A DNA stretch of 62,614 nt, the filler included, from Rhabdomonas costata (lineage: Eukaryota), in assembly GCA_019059605.1 (NCBI GenBank). It is 32 parts of 32 records of this genome, joined end to end, with 100 filler letters (N's around TTAATTAATTAA, not from the genome) between each part and the next. Parts side by side here need not be neighbours in the genome. Positions count along the whole stretch, not along the records: positions 36,946 to 38,692 come from JAHMHO010009676.1; positions 38,793 to 40,539 come from JAHMHO010009677.1; positions 40,640 to 45,999 come from JAHMHO010009678.1; positions 46,100 to 47,847 come from JAHMHO010009679.1; positions 47,948 to 49,693 come from JAHMHO010009680.1; 27 more parts are not named here. One strand, given 5' to 3'. Position numbers and translations under genes: made by a program. Under the pieces are notes generated by a model. That model was not told where the DNA came from. It was given only the letters and a program-made list of their open reading frames with translations, and did no database searches. Positions 37,861 through 49,197 of this stretch are shown piece by piece. Each line of letters opens with the position of its first letter. Position 1 is the stretch's first letter.

Positions 37861-38692
37861 TCATTCCTCCATCACCAAAGTTCTTGGGCGAAGAAATCGG
37901 GTCTCGGATAATGTGTACGAAAAAGTAGCAGACTCACACCCCGAGGAAGCACCAGAATTCCGCGCTGGATTCGTCAAAGGGTTCATAGGCACCAATGGGG
38001 AAAGCGGTGGTGCCATAGCTTCGGCGAGAGCATCGCGGAGCCTTTTCATTTGGTCCTGAAGCTGAGAAGTGTTCTGCATCAGTTCACTGTATCGTGAGTT
38101 GTCGAGCGCAAAAAGCTTAGTCTCGTCCGCCATTCCTTTCATCACGAACGACCCACAGCAAAAGAGACCCATGGAAGGCAGCTGGGCGGCTGTGGTGCAG
38201 CACGTCAGCAGGGGCTGATTGAGCTTCTCGCACATCGCCTGCACTCGTGCGGCGGTGTTGATAGTTTTGCCCATCAGAGTGTAGTCACAGCGGTGACTAC
38301 CAATGGGACACATTAGGGCTTTTCCAAAAACCACCCCGAGTCCAACAAACAGCAGTGATCTGGGATGTCCTCGATCTGCAGCCGAGCGCGCTGCGTGGAC
38401 ATCGGTTAGGATGGAAATGAGGCAGCGGGATAACTCTGCAGTCATCTCGCTAGGAAAGTATGCAAGCATACCGTCTCCGATAAACTTGCAGAGCTCCCCG
38501 CTGTTGTCCAAAACCCGACTGGCGCATATCTCGGCACAGGCGCTCACGGCATGAACCGCGGCGTCCAGGCCAAAAAGTTCAAGTAAGTCAGAAAATCCAA
38601 TGATGTGGGTGAAAACCGCGAAGAGCTCGACTTGGCGGGAAGGAAGCGATGTAGGGTCCTGTTCAAGAAGCAGGGCGTCGGCCACAACGCCC
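37861..38692 (-). CDS. Class III nucleotidyl cyclase domain of the photoactivated adenylyl cyclase (PAC/bPAC) type; 5' partial
   Basis: Intronless ORF with FTHIIGFS, GELCKFIGDGMLAYF, LFVGLGVVFG, DYTLMGKTINTAARV and VMKG. The class III cyclase call is firm. The PAC-subfamily call rests on the linker EQDPTSLPSRQVE and on HPRSLLF. Confidence 0.85.
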
Positions 38693-38817
38693 NNNNNNNN
38701 NNNNNNNNNNNNNNNNNNNNNNNNNNNNNNNNNNNNTTAATTAATTAANNNNNNNNNNNNNNNNNNNNNNNNNNNNNNNNNNNNNNNNNNNNTGAGTTGG
38801 GAGTGTTTGGGTTTGTG

Positions 38818-38926
38818 ATGTTACTATGTTACTATGTTTATTCTTTGACTTAGGGACAGTTGTGTTATGTTACTACTATGCCACTACTGTGTTGTTACTG
38901 ATGTTACTGCTATGTTACTACTATGA
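38818..38926 (+). repeat. Degenerate (TGTTACTA)-type low-complexity repeat
   Basis: Repeated atgttact/tactatg units. Confidence 0.7.
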
Positions 38927-39579
38927 TGCCAGCATCCCATTCGACCGTCAACCCGCCAATCCGATAGCGTTAGTCCCTTGCTCCGAACAAATCCCTTCCA
39001 CAATCGTAATCCCTGAGGCCCGCGCTTGACCTTCGAATTTCTGCCCCCACCTCTCTCTCCTGCCTGATGTTGCTACTATGTCGAAGAATTACTACCACAT
39101 CATTTTGGACCAAAATACACAATACAAGATACAAACTCAACCCTCAAGCGTGATGTTCAAATAACGAAACAGCTTCTGTCGAGCATGGGGTCATCGATTA
39201 CGGTTCACCTAAACGACGGAACGCGGTGCCTTCGGCCATCGTCCCTGAATCCCCACTCGGTGTGGAGGACCATAAACGCGCAAATGCAACTTTTGAACAG
39301 GGAGATAGGGCAGGCACCCCTCCAAACAAAAAACAGCGAGAAAGCGAAAAAGGAATCAAGGATGACGGAGCCATCTCATGAAATTCACATGGCAAATGTC
39401 ATTGCTGTTAGAGTGACCGGTCAAACGTCAAAGTCAGGGCTTATCTCCTCGAGCCAGCCACCTGCATTCCGGCAAAGGCCAAAGATGCGATCCTGCTGCA
39501 CTGCATCAGCCGGAGTCGGAGTTTCGATCGCCAGCAAAGGACTGTGAAAGCGATGCGGATGGCAGCAATACCAAAGCGT

Positions 39580-40352
39580 TTACTTCCGGAGCATCCAGGA
39601 TGGCCAGTAGCCATCCTCGTACGTGATCACAACTTGCCTGTGATGTGCTCGAGCGAACTCATTCACGGCAGATTTCACTGCTTTGTTGTCCTGGAGAGCA
39701 AAAGGTCAAACGTAATGCAAAGACAACTACAGCAGCCAAAGACGGTAGGCGTCAGATCATTCGCACGCAATATGTACACGACGGACTTGGGATGTGAATA
39801 AAAACCTCTAAACAATGGAAAAAATGTCAATCGACAACAGAACTACGTCTAATATTCCAAAAGGGTGCGAGCTACTCACTCGAACAATGTCAAATTGAGA
39901 TGAATCGAGAGGAAGGGCTTCTTGAATTTGACGAAACCCATTCTTCTGAGATAGAGATTCGAGGAATCAATCCATACGCTTCGCTTGGAGCCATCAGGAT
40001 TGATCGTCCAGTCCTGCTTTCCGTAACGCTGCCTGATTGGTGACCTTACATCGTCCGAGTCAACGTAGTCGTGCCCCGAGAAGAGGCCCCCTGTAACATT
40101 TGGCAACACAGCTTTTTCACAAAGCCATTAACAAGACAGTGTATGACACAGCAGCGGAGCATTCCTTTTCGCAGCTTTGGCCAGTAGAGCCGCAAATCTT
40201 CAGAAACTCCGGCGTAGTCGTGCCTCGCGTCGACGTAAATCCAGTCCAAGCTCTCGTCGGGGAACATTCCAACAGCCTCCGAGGAGAACTTGCGAATGTA
40301 CTCCACCTTGGATCCAAACCTTTTCAGCCTCTCACGGGTTTCGTTGAAAAAC
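39580..40352 (-). CDS. Class I SAM-dependent methyltransferase (Methyltransf_24-like), last 3 exons
   Basis: Exons 40352-40165, 40090-39978 and 39690-39580 (TAA). Motifs: SLDWIYVDARHDY, DLRLYWPKLRKG|GLFSGHDY, AVKSAVNEFA and PSW. Confidence 0.85.
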
Positions 40353-41019
40353 CTATGTTCGAAAACAACAAGGCTAAACCGACACACAATACAAACCACA
40401 GCGTGGCCAACAGAATGAAGGACAGGAACTCAGCAGCAACTTTCCGTGACACTGACGGAAGCTCACCTTGAAAGCAAATCAGAAAGCATACTCTCTAGAT
40501 GCGTCGACAAAACCATAGAGCAAAGAAGACCCCAAAAAANNNNNNNNNNNNNNNNNNNNNNNNNNNNNNNNNNNNNNNNNNNNTTAATTAATTAANNNNN
40601 NNNNNNNNNNNNNNNNNNNNNNNNNNNNNNNNNNNNNNNCCCACATGTGTGTGGGGGTCCCCCACAACTTCCCGTCATGGCACGAAGGCAGTATACTTTG
40701 AAAAGGATGGTCAACTTTGCTTTGCTATGTTTTGTTTTGCCTCATTTGAGAATCTCAGCCTCCCACCCCCCAAGGCTCGAAAATCTACCACCTCCCCTCA
40801 TAACCACCTGAAAACTGTCGATTGTGAGGGCGTGAGATTGTCAAATTGATGCTGGGGGTGCAACATTGTTTTCAGAGCCGAGAGCCGGTGCCCAGGCCCG
40901 AGACTGAGAGCCGGTGAAGCCGGTGAAGAGAAATGCCAATGAGAATCCCTCGGAATGTGCAGATGAGCATATGCAAGCGGGCGGGCAGGGTGGGTGGTGG
41001 GAGAGTGCAAATATGCTAC

Positions 41020-43362
41020 CCTTGGTCTTGAGGTCGTCGCTGCTGTTGCTGTCCAGGTAGACGTCCAGGAGCTTGGGGAGGATCCCCGCGTCGGCCACAC
41101 TCTTGGCATGGTCCGCGGAGTGCCGGCCGATCTGTCCCAGGGACCACGCCGAGGCCGCCTGCACACAAATACCGGCAAAAAATGACAAACACGACCCCAG
41201 AACCAAAGCTGCGCAGCCCACAAGGGGCACAAGATTGAGCAAGACATACTACGCACCAACTGCACTAAACTCTGAGCGCAAGACTACAGGCCAGGATGAC
41301 CATTCCTTTTGCTCAGGGGGTTAGAGTTTTTTTTTGCTTTTTGAAACCACACGACAACGTGGTGTTGGCGCGGGTTCGAACAGTCGGCATTGGACGGATG
41401 TACATCATGCAAAAGAGCACCAGAGCTCCCGGGCACAATCGAATAACAGGGGAAGGCATGTTGTCGGGAGGGGGGAGGGCAAAGAGGAGGACCTTGATGT
41501 GGTCTTCTGTCTCCTTCTCTAGAGCATGCCCCAACGGTGGAATGCCCTTGCTGACAATCACCGCCAAGGCAAGGGTCTCCGAGAAGGCCGAGATGTAACC
41601 CAGAGTCATAATGCCTGCCAAGGCAACCAGTACGCCCTTTCCCGATTCACGTGCACTCCCAAATAACCCACTCCTCGTTACACCAAAACCCCCATAAGAC
41701 ACATCAAATTGTTCAAATCAAGTCACACTTTCACTCCACCGCTTCGCCGATCCCCCGGCACGTTCCCGCATCAACCCCCTCCCACATAATTCGGGGATTG
41801 CAAGCTCCGTCTCTGCTCTGAACAAACACGTCAACCGCATCCTTTGCGACACCAACACCCGGATCTGGCTAGACATTGAGGGAGGCGCCCTGTTAAAACA
41901 CAACACAAGAACGCATTGTGATTTCGCGGCATGACACGGGCAGCACCGCCCAGGTACCCACTCACCCCCAGCCACAGCACCGGGCAGGCGAGCATTTCCC
42001 CGCGATTCATTCACGTAGTCCACCAGAGCTCCCACACCGCCAGCGTTGACAATTAGCTGAGCTAGCTGAGAAAAGGGAAGCGCGCGCACGCTCTGAAAAA
42101 ATGAGACTAGCTGGGGTATGGCGTAGCAGGGACGAATGCAGACTAGACGCAAATAAAACACGGGCTTTGTACTTTTGCGAATGATGTCCAAAGCAAACAT
42201 GTGAAAGAGCTAACGTCGCAACGGGACTCAAAGGTCTTTGTCACAACCCGATACCGTATTGAAACAAATACACTTCACAACTACTGCAAATACACCATAC
42301 CATAAAACAAGGCGCAGCAAAGTTAATAAGTCCTTAGGCAAGTCACCAACTCATTGTGGTTCTGACCCTGAACATCGCAAAGAAAAGTCGCCTCGCTGTT
42401 CGAGATGAAAACCAAGCTCTTTGCTACAGGAACAGAGAATACCCACAAAAAAAGCGGAACAAACGAACACAGCATGGAAATAACGGGAATCCGGCAGTGC
42501 AGACACACACATGCACAAACAAAGTGAACGATAAGGCTCACCTCAGGGGTGTGCTTGGCGATCTCCCGGATGTTCGTGGCGGCGTTCTTGCGGACCACCT
42601 CGTCGAGGTCCTTGAGTAGGGTGAAGATCTTCGGGAAGATCTCGCCCTCCACCACCAGCTCCGCCAGCTCCACGCTGTGCTTCGCGATCTGGGCCAGGCA
42701 CTGACACACTTGCCTGCAGACAGATCGTGATTGGGGCAATGTGGCCGAAGACATGACACCATGATGGTTAACGCGAAAAGCTCAACGATTCCCGGTTGTT
42801 TGCAAAAATGTGTGAGAAGTTCTGTGAGTACAACAACTCAAGGTGTGGGTTCCCATGAGCCTATTTCCCAGGCAACCAGCAGACGGGGACAGAGTAAAGG
42901 ACCTCTTCAGCTTCGCGTCCGAGCTGGTGATCAGCGGGGCCAGGTGGTTGATCGCTCCGGCATCGACCACCACTTGGGCAAGCTGTTGGGAAAAAAGAAA
43001 CCCAATACAATTGACCGCCTTCATTGTACCAGAGGAATTCTTCCCGTCCATGGGGAAGAAGTAATGAGCACGAAGTGGGGGGGGGGGGATCGAAAAGGGG
43101 TCTCTCTCTCTCTCAAACCTCAGGCGAGTGCTTCGCGATATCCGAAAGCGACGAGGCCGAGATGCGCTTCAGTGTGAGCTCGGGCTCCTGCGGAAAGACA
43201 GATAGCGAGAGGGGGGAAGGGAAGCAATGCAAGCAAGTCACGCAAGGCACCAAAGCAGCAAAGAAAAGCCTTCGTGTGAGAACGCGGTCAAGCCGGTGAA
43301 CGGGGAAGCGGCTGACTGCGTTGGTGAACGGATGCGGGAGGCACATCGGCACACACACACAC

Positions 43363-43441
<79 letters not shown>

Positions 43442-43446
43442 TCCAC

Positions 43447-43477
<31 letters not shown>

Positions 43478-43597
43478 NNNNNNNNNNNNNNNNNNNNNNN
43501 NNNNNNNNNNNNNNNNNNNNNNNNNNNNNNNNNNNNNNNNNNNNNNNNNNNNNNNNNNNNNNNNNNNNNNNNNNNNNNNNNNNNNNNNNNNNNACAC

Positions 43598-43655
<58 letters not shown>

Positions 43656-45713
43656 CTGCACGCACAGCACCAGCAGAGGGACAGCGCCGTTGTCCACGAT
43701 GGCCTGGGCCAGATCTGATGATGAGAACAGAGGACAGACCTCAGAGCACCCCACAGAGGAGGGCAAGGGAAGGGGTCGAAGACAGCTGCCCAAAAATGCA
43801 CAAGAGACAAGAGAAGTTCGTGAGTTCGCCTTGACCTCTGGAGAAATTCTAAATCTTCTTTCCAATTCTGGCTGACAAACGGGGCCAGATCTTGGAGGGA
43901 GAGGTAATCATTCCCCGAGATTCAGGCGGACGCGACGTTTCACGGGAGCTGTCGGACAGCACCGTACCAGCGCTGTGACGGGCGATGTAGCCCAGCGCCC
44001 ACGCCGCGGCCTCCTTGACGCCCGGGTCGAACTCCTCCAGGCAACTCACTAGAGCCTCCACCGCCCCGGAGTCCACCACGGCGTGCGCCAGAGCGGGGCT
44101 GTGCTTGGCCACGGCGCGCAGCACAAACGCCGCGGACTTCTTGTAGAACCTCTGCGCCAGCGAAAGGTGGAGGTGAGGGCGGATCAACCCACATATGCGC
44201 GGAGGCGGTCTCTTCTTTGCATTTCCCTGAATTTCTTGGTGGCTTCGGTTTCGGATTTCGACCCAACCGGCACCCAACCGGCACCCAACCAGCCGAAAAC
44301 CACCCACCCGTGGGTAAACAACACAAAATATGCACATGAACACAAAACCACACAGCGGCATACATTCTGTTCGGAAAGGGAGTAGACGAGCTGAGGAAGG
44401 ATCTCCCCAGAAACCACCGCCTCCGCAAGCTGCTCGTTGTAGTTTGCCAGTCTGAGGTCAACGCAGCATGCAATACAAAGTGCATACACAACCCCTTAGA
44501 AGTCAGCACATGCTATCCCCTACAAATCAGGATCATGTGCACCACTGCAGAGCGTTCAGTCCACTTGCCACGTTCGCAGCCGCTTGGAAACACGAAGACG
44601 CCGAGAGAAATGCAAAAAGAAAACGCAACCACGTGAGCAGGCGAACAGGTAGACATCATGCATCATGCATAACCGAGGTGCACGAAGTTTTGTGGTCTGC
44701 TTTCTTTTGGCAATGATGGATGCTGAGGACTGACGTATTCGGAAGACGATGGTTGCTAACCACCGATTCCTGTGCTTCCATTGATGCATGGAGCCGCCTG
44801 GAAGCGGCACAAAGGGTGGGGTGGGGGAGTTGGGCGTGAGCAGCAGCCCTTGTAAATGGGCAGGAGCGATCCCATAATCCCTCTAAGATACGTTAAAGTG
44901 CACCCCCCCCCAAAAAAAAGACGGAGGGCACGTCGATTCTGTCGATAGGCGCACCCGCCGCCTTGGAGGGCATTAGCCTCCATTCTTAGAACATCTTTGA
45001 TGGAGGAGAAGCCGTGGCACCTCGGGTCTGGACCCACAGGAAGACATGAGCGTGTGGGCAGACCTTCCAAGGGCGAGCGCCGCGCTCTGCTGGATGGACG
45101 GCACGTTGTCCAGCAGGAGGGGTCGCAGCAGGGCCATCACTCCGGCAGACTGCAGGGCCTCAATGTGCTGCGGCCGCGTGGCCAGGTCTGTTGGGGGTGG
45201 GGAGTGGGGAGGGCTGAACCCGGCGTCCATACATTCGCCTCCACCACAAACACACATGCTTACATTCACATAGGGGTGTATGGAACAAATTTTACAACTC
45301 ATCTGAACATCCACAGAGCGAGAACTATGACAGTGTCCAAGGCGGTACAAGACCACACCGTGTGTGTGGTACCTTGCATTGAAATAAAACGGAGTGTGGT
45401 ATATCCAACTGGTGCTCCCCGGGTTTCTAGCATTGGCATTTGGGAATAAGAAAGCATAGGAGAGAAAAGTCGGCGGCACGAAAAAAAATAAAAAGAAAGA
45501 GGGACGAAGAAAACGGGCAGAATGGGATGCGCCAAAGCAGTCTTAAATTAACCTTCGCGAGCAGAGAATGCAGCGTGAAAAAACAACGCAAAGGGGGTGC
45601 CAAAAGCGCAAGTGGAGGCTTCAAGAGAGAACACTCGCACCGGCTACAGTCTGCACGAACTGCACCCGAGCCTTCTGGTACTCCTCAAAAACTTGGATGA
45701 TCTGCCGCGACAT
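41020..45713 (-). CDS. PF16: PF16 / SPAG6 axonemal central-pair armadillo-repeat protein (11 exons, 3' partial)
   Basis: Exons 45713-45641, 45187-45064, 44451-44364, 44151-43968, 43714-43656, 43187-43119, 42982-42903, 42713-42542, 42065-41981, 41614-41493 and 41158-~41020. All ten introns are GT-AG and in phase. The peptide runs MSRQIIQVFEEYQKARVQFVQTVADLATRPQ...SSDDLKTK. Confidence 0.97.
43350..43655 (+). repeat. (CATACA)n/(CA)n microsatellite with an assembly gap, inside PF16 intron 5
   Basis: The repeat is on both sides of the N run 43478-43593. Confidence 0.95.
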
Positions 45714-45731
45714 CCGGCGAAGTACTGGGTT

Positions 45732-45752
45732 CTGAAGAGATAGGGCAAAGGG
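45732..45752 (-). promoter_or_regulatory. Pyrimidine tract + AG 18 nt upstream of the PF16 ATG (candidate SL trans-splice acceptor)
   Basis: The minus strand reads ccctttgccctatctcttcAG|aacccagtacttcgccggATG. Confidence 0.55.
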
Positions 45753-48120
45753 TGTGTGTCCTTGGTTCCTAAAGCAGGCGGATGCCATGCAGAATACCTC
45801 AAAGCACAACATCTTACGTCAAGTCACACAAAAAAGTCCGCAAAACTAATAGAAACAGCTCAGCCACCTCTGGTCAGTACCTTGTCATCCAATGTCACCT
45901 CAGTAAGAACCTTGTCATTATGTTTGACGTGGGATCTCAGAAACTGGCATCCCGCCTCCATAGACAGGCCCTTGTTATGAACCTGGTTGTACAAACAAAN
46001 NNNNNNNNNNNNNNNNNNNNNNNNNNNNNNNNNNNNNNNNNNNTTAATTAATTAANNNNNNNNNNNNNNNNNNNNNNNNNNNNNNNNNNNNNNNNNNNNG
46101 GGTTTGTGGGAACTTAACAAGTGAAGCACAAACTTAGAAACGTTTGTGCTTCACAAAGATTTCGGTGAAAAGAATGGTGGTGCAGACATGGAATGAGTTT
46201 GTTCCTTGCGGGCGTGTGCGCGTGTGCATCTGTTTGCTGTTTCTTTCAGGTCGTGATTCTCATCCGCTGACAGAACCTGTCTACTGATGGGGGTGTCTAC
46301 CATTCTGAAACAAGGTCAGCCGCGCTCTTAACCGGCAGGCAACGTGCTATGCAGAGTGGTGACACAGGATCCTCTCCCTTACCTTCCTCCCTTCCTTCGT
46401 TCCTTCCTCTTCTAAGCTTTTCTTTCGGGTTCCTTTCTGTGCATGTTTTCCTTGGTTTCGTTGAAGGCGCACTCTGCTTCCACGCAAGGCAACGTTCTTT
46501 TCTGTGTTCAAAGTGCTCTTAGCCCTGTTGGGTGGTGGGGTGGCAACCGCCCTTATATTCTCTTGTTGCCTCGGTCTGTCTCACTCGCTCACTCAGTCCT
46601 TTTTAGTGCCCGCGGCCTGCACTGGTGTGAGCTCAGACGACACTACCAACTCCTGCCTCCCACGCAGACCTCTGCCACGTACTCGTTGCCAAACAGGGAA
46701 TTATATAGTATTGCACTCCTTATATAGCTGGGTGTTGGTGCATGCCCTGTTTGGAGTAAAAAGGTATGAAAGTATGAAGCAGTTGAAAGATGGGCAAGGC
46801 GAGCCTCTCGTTCATTTGCAACCATTTGTGGCTGTCTTCCCCCGTGTCCTTCTACTGTTTGGTGGCTTGATACAGCGTCCTTCAGACGCTTTCAGGGCTA
46901 CTGCGTTCTGAACCAGAGCACGTTGCACGTTGCAGATGGCGCTTGTTTGTTCACTTCTTGTTTCCACGAGGGAAAAGGGGGTTTTGTGAGCGGAAAGCTT
47001 TCTCTTGGCCCTTTGCTGAGAGAGGATTCGAAGACAAGCTCGAGCCCGAGACTATGCCATTCTCACCTCAAGCGCGAAACGCAACACCTGTTTCCCGGAT
47101 TTTGCACTTTCATTTGACGACTGTCTCACACCGCCGCGCAGGAGAGCAAACAGAACCCATGTTTAAAAGAACATTCGCGCACTGATGCACCAGGCTTCAG
47201 GGGCGAATCATCAGGCACGTCCCCAAATCTCCCAAAGGAACTTTTCCTGTAACACCTATTCCTGCCAATGAATGGGCGCCATGCTCTATTAATCTTGTTT
47301 CTTCGGTTCTTTCTTCGGAATGCGTTTCTGGACGTGCGGACTTATTAAATCCGGTGATCGGAAAATCCAGCTTCAATAGGAAATTTAACCTCGTGGCGTT
47401 CCGTCCTTGATATGATCCGCATTTGCCAGGGTGTTGCCCCATGAACCCTGAAGAGATGTCGTGCCAGGTGTTGCCCAGTCCCAAACCGCAGCTCATCTTG
47501 CGTAAAGGAGGAAAAAACTACCCAATCCTCACGAGAACAGCGGCTGAGATGGCCCAATTCCAAACCCAAAGGTCACATCAACCAAAAACAAACGAAACAG
47601 GGCCCACACACCACACTGACGCACATTGTAATCCCTGAACTCAAACCCATAAAGCTAACCCCAATACATAAACCACAAAGGCAGAAACGCGAACCAAATA
47701 ACACAAACCAAAGCGAGATTTCCACCACCACTACCCCAACTGTCCAATAAAATTCCTACGAACGCATCTCGGTGACGAAAACGCGCAACTTATAAACCAA
47801 CGCAAGAAATTCCCAGACATAAAAAATGACCCGCTGTAAACAAACACNNNNNNNNNNNNNNNNNNNNNNNNNNNNNNNNNNNNNNNNNNNNTTAATTAAT
47901 TAANNNNNNNNNNNNNNNNNNNNNNNNNNNNNNNNNNNNNNNNNNNNGTGTTTGGTTTGTTTGTGATCAAGCTTCGGTTTAGTGCGAGTGGTATTACAGT
48001 GTCAGCTGCTGAGCATTTTTGTTTGTGTGATTTACCTGTTGTGAGGTTTTTTGTCTGCACACAAGAATGTTGCCTTGCTCATGTGGATGTGTGTGTGTGG
48101 GTTCAACAGCATTTTCGCAG

Positions 48121-49197
48121 ATCCTGCAGCAGCTTCGGCCCGTGCTTCCCACGCTGCTACGATCGCCCACCGGGGCGGCGGCGCAGGCGTTTGAGGTTCT
48201 GGTGCTGCGGCTAGTGACGCTGATGGGCCCGCGAAAGTGCGCTGAGCTTTGTTTAGCTTCCGCCCACGCCAAGGCCCACGCCCACCCCCACGCCCAACCT
48301 CATTCTTGCCGTTTTCCGCCTGCTTCGCTTTGATTAGATTTCTTACGTTGCTAGCGGGGCAAGTTCATGTCCTGGAAAAAGTTCATGCCTATCGTTCAGC
48401 ATTTCCACGTAAGTGTTATCAGGCTCCCAGGCTCAGCTACACCTCCCTGACATCGACTCTTTCATGTTCATATGCCGACCATGTGTCCACTTCCTAAGGC
48501 GTTCGTAAGGTGTGGATTGCATGACCGCAAATGTTTGATCTTCGATATGAAGCCAGCCAACAAACCATTTTGAACCCACCCGATTCGTCGTGAATGCAAT
48601 TTTTTTTGGAACCACAAGTCGTTTATTTTGGATTCCCTTTTGTTCTCAGGGATCTGCTGGTTGGCTTCCAGGCCTTTGTGCCGGAGCTTCTGCGGGAAGT
48701 CTACTGTACTCTGATCGCCCCCTTTGTGACCCCCTCCACGTCGACGTCTCTGTTTACTAAACCGGAAGCTGTCCTGCGCTCCAGTGAACCCATCCTCTTG
48801 CGCAGCGCCCAAACTTCAGGCTTAGGCGGCTTCTCCAGTCCTTCCTCCGGAGCCTCAAACCTGGAAACCCCGCAGGCTGCTGCTTCCGAAGCCTCTGACC
48901 CTGATGTGCAAATTGTGGAGCCCCGGGCATCGCAAGGCCCGCCCGGTGAGGGCAGGCGTCGAACTCGGATGGAAATCGACCTGGTCACGGGAAAGCGCAG
49001 GAGGGTTTCTGAGCCGCTAAGCTTCTCTGGAGTTGGGGTTGGTGCTGGCGCCAGTGCCTCTTTAGTTGCAGTGGAAGGGGAAAGGCAGGGTGGTCCGGAC
49101 TCAGGGCTCCCCCGTGCAGCGTCTCGCATCAGTGGGGCCTCCGCTGGGTCGGAGGTTTCCTCACAGGCACCAACCCCTTCAGAGCGCAGCCGGTCAG
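48121..49197 (+). CDS. Hypothetical protein exons (helical segment then Ser/Gly-rich disordered region)
   Basis: Exons 48121-48236 and 48650-~49197 are joined by a phase-2 GT-AG intron (…MGPRK|DLLVGFQAF…). Confidence 0.5.

Noticed and set aside
43227-43875. Poly-HT/HI/CV/YV repeat proteins in the ORF track
   Set aside because: These are translations of the intronic (CATACA)n microsatellite across an N gap.
35099-45999. Apparent flagellar/signalling gene cluster (Raptor, cyclase, methyltransferase, PF16)
   Set aside because: The genes are on separate contigs joined artificially, so there is no evidence of linkage.
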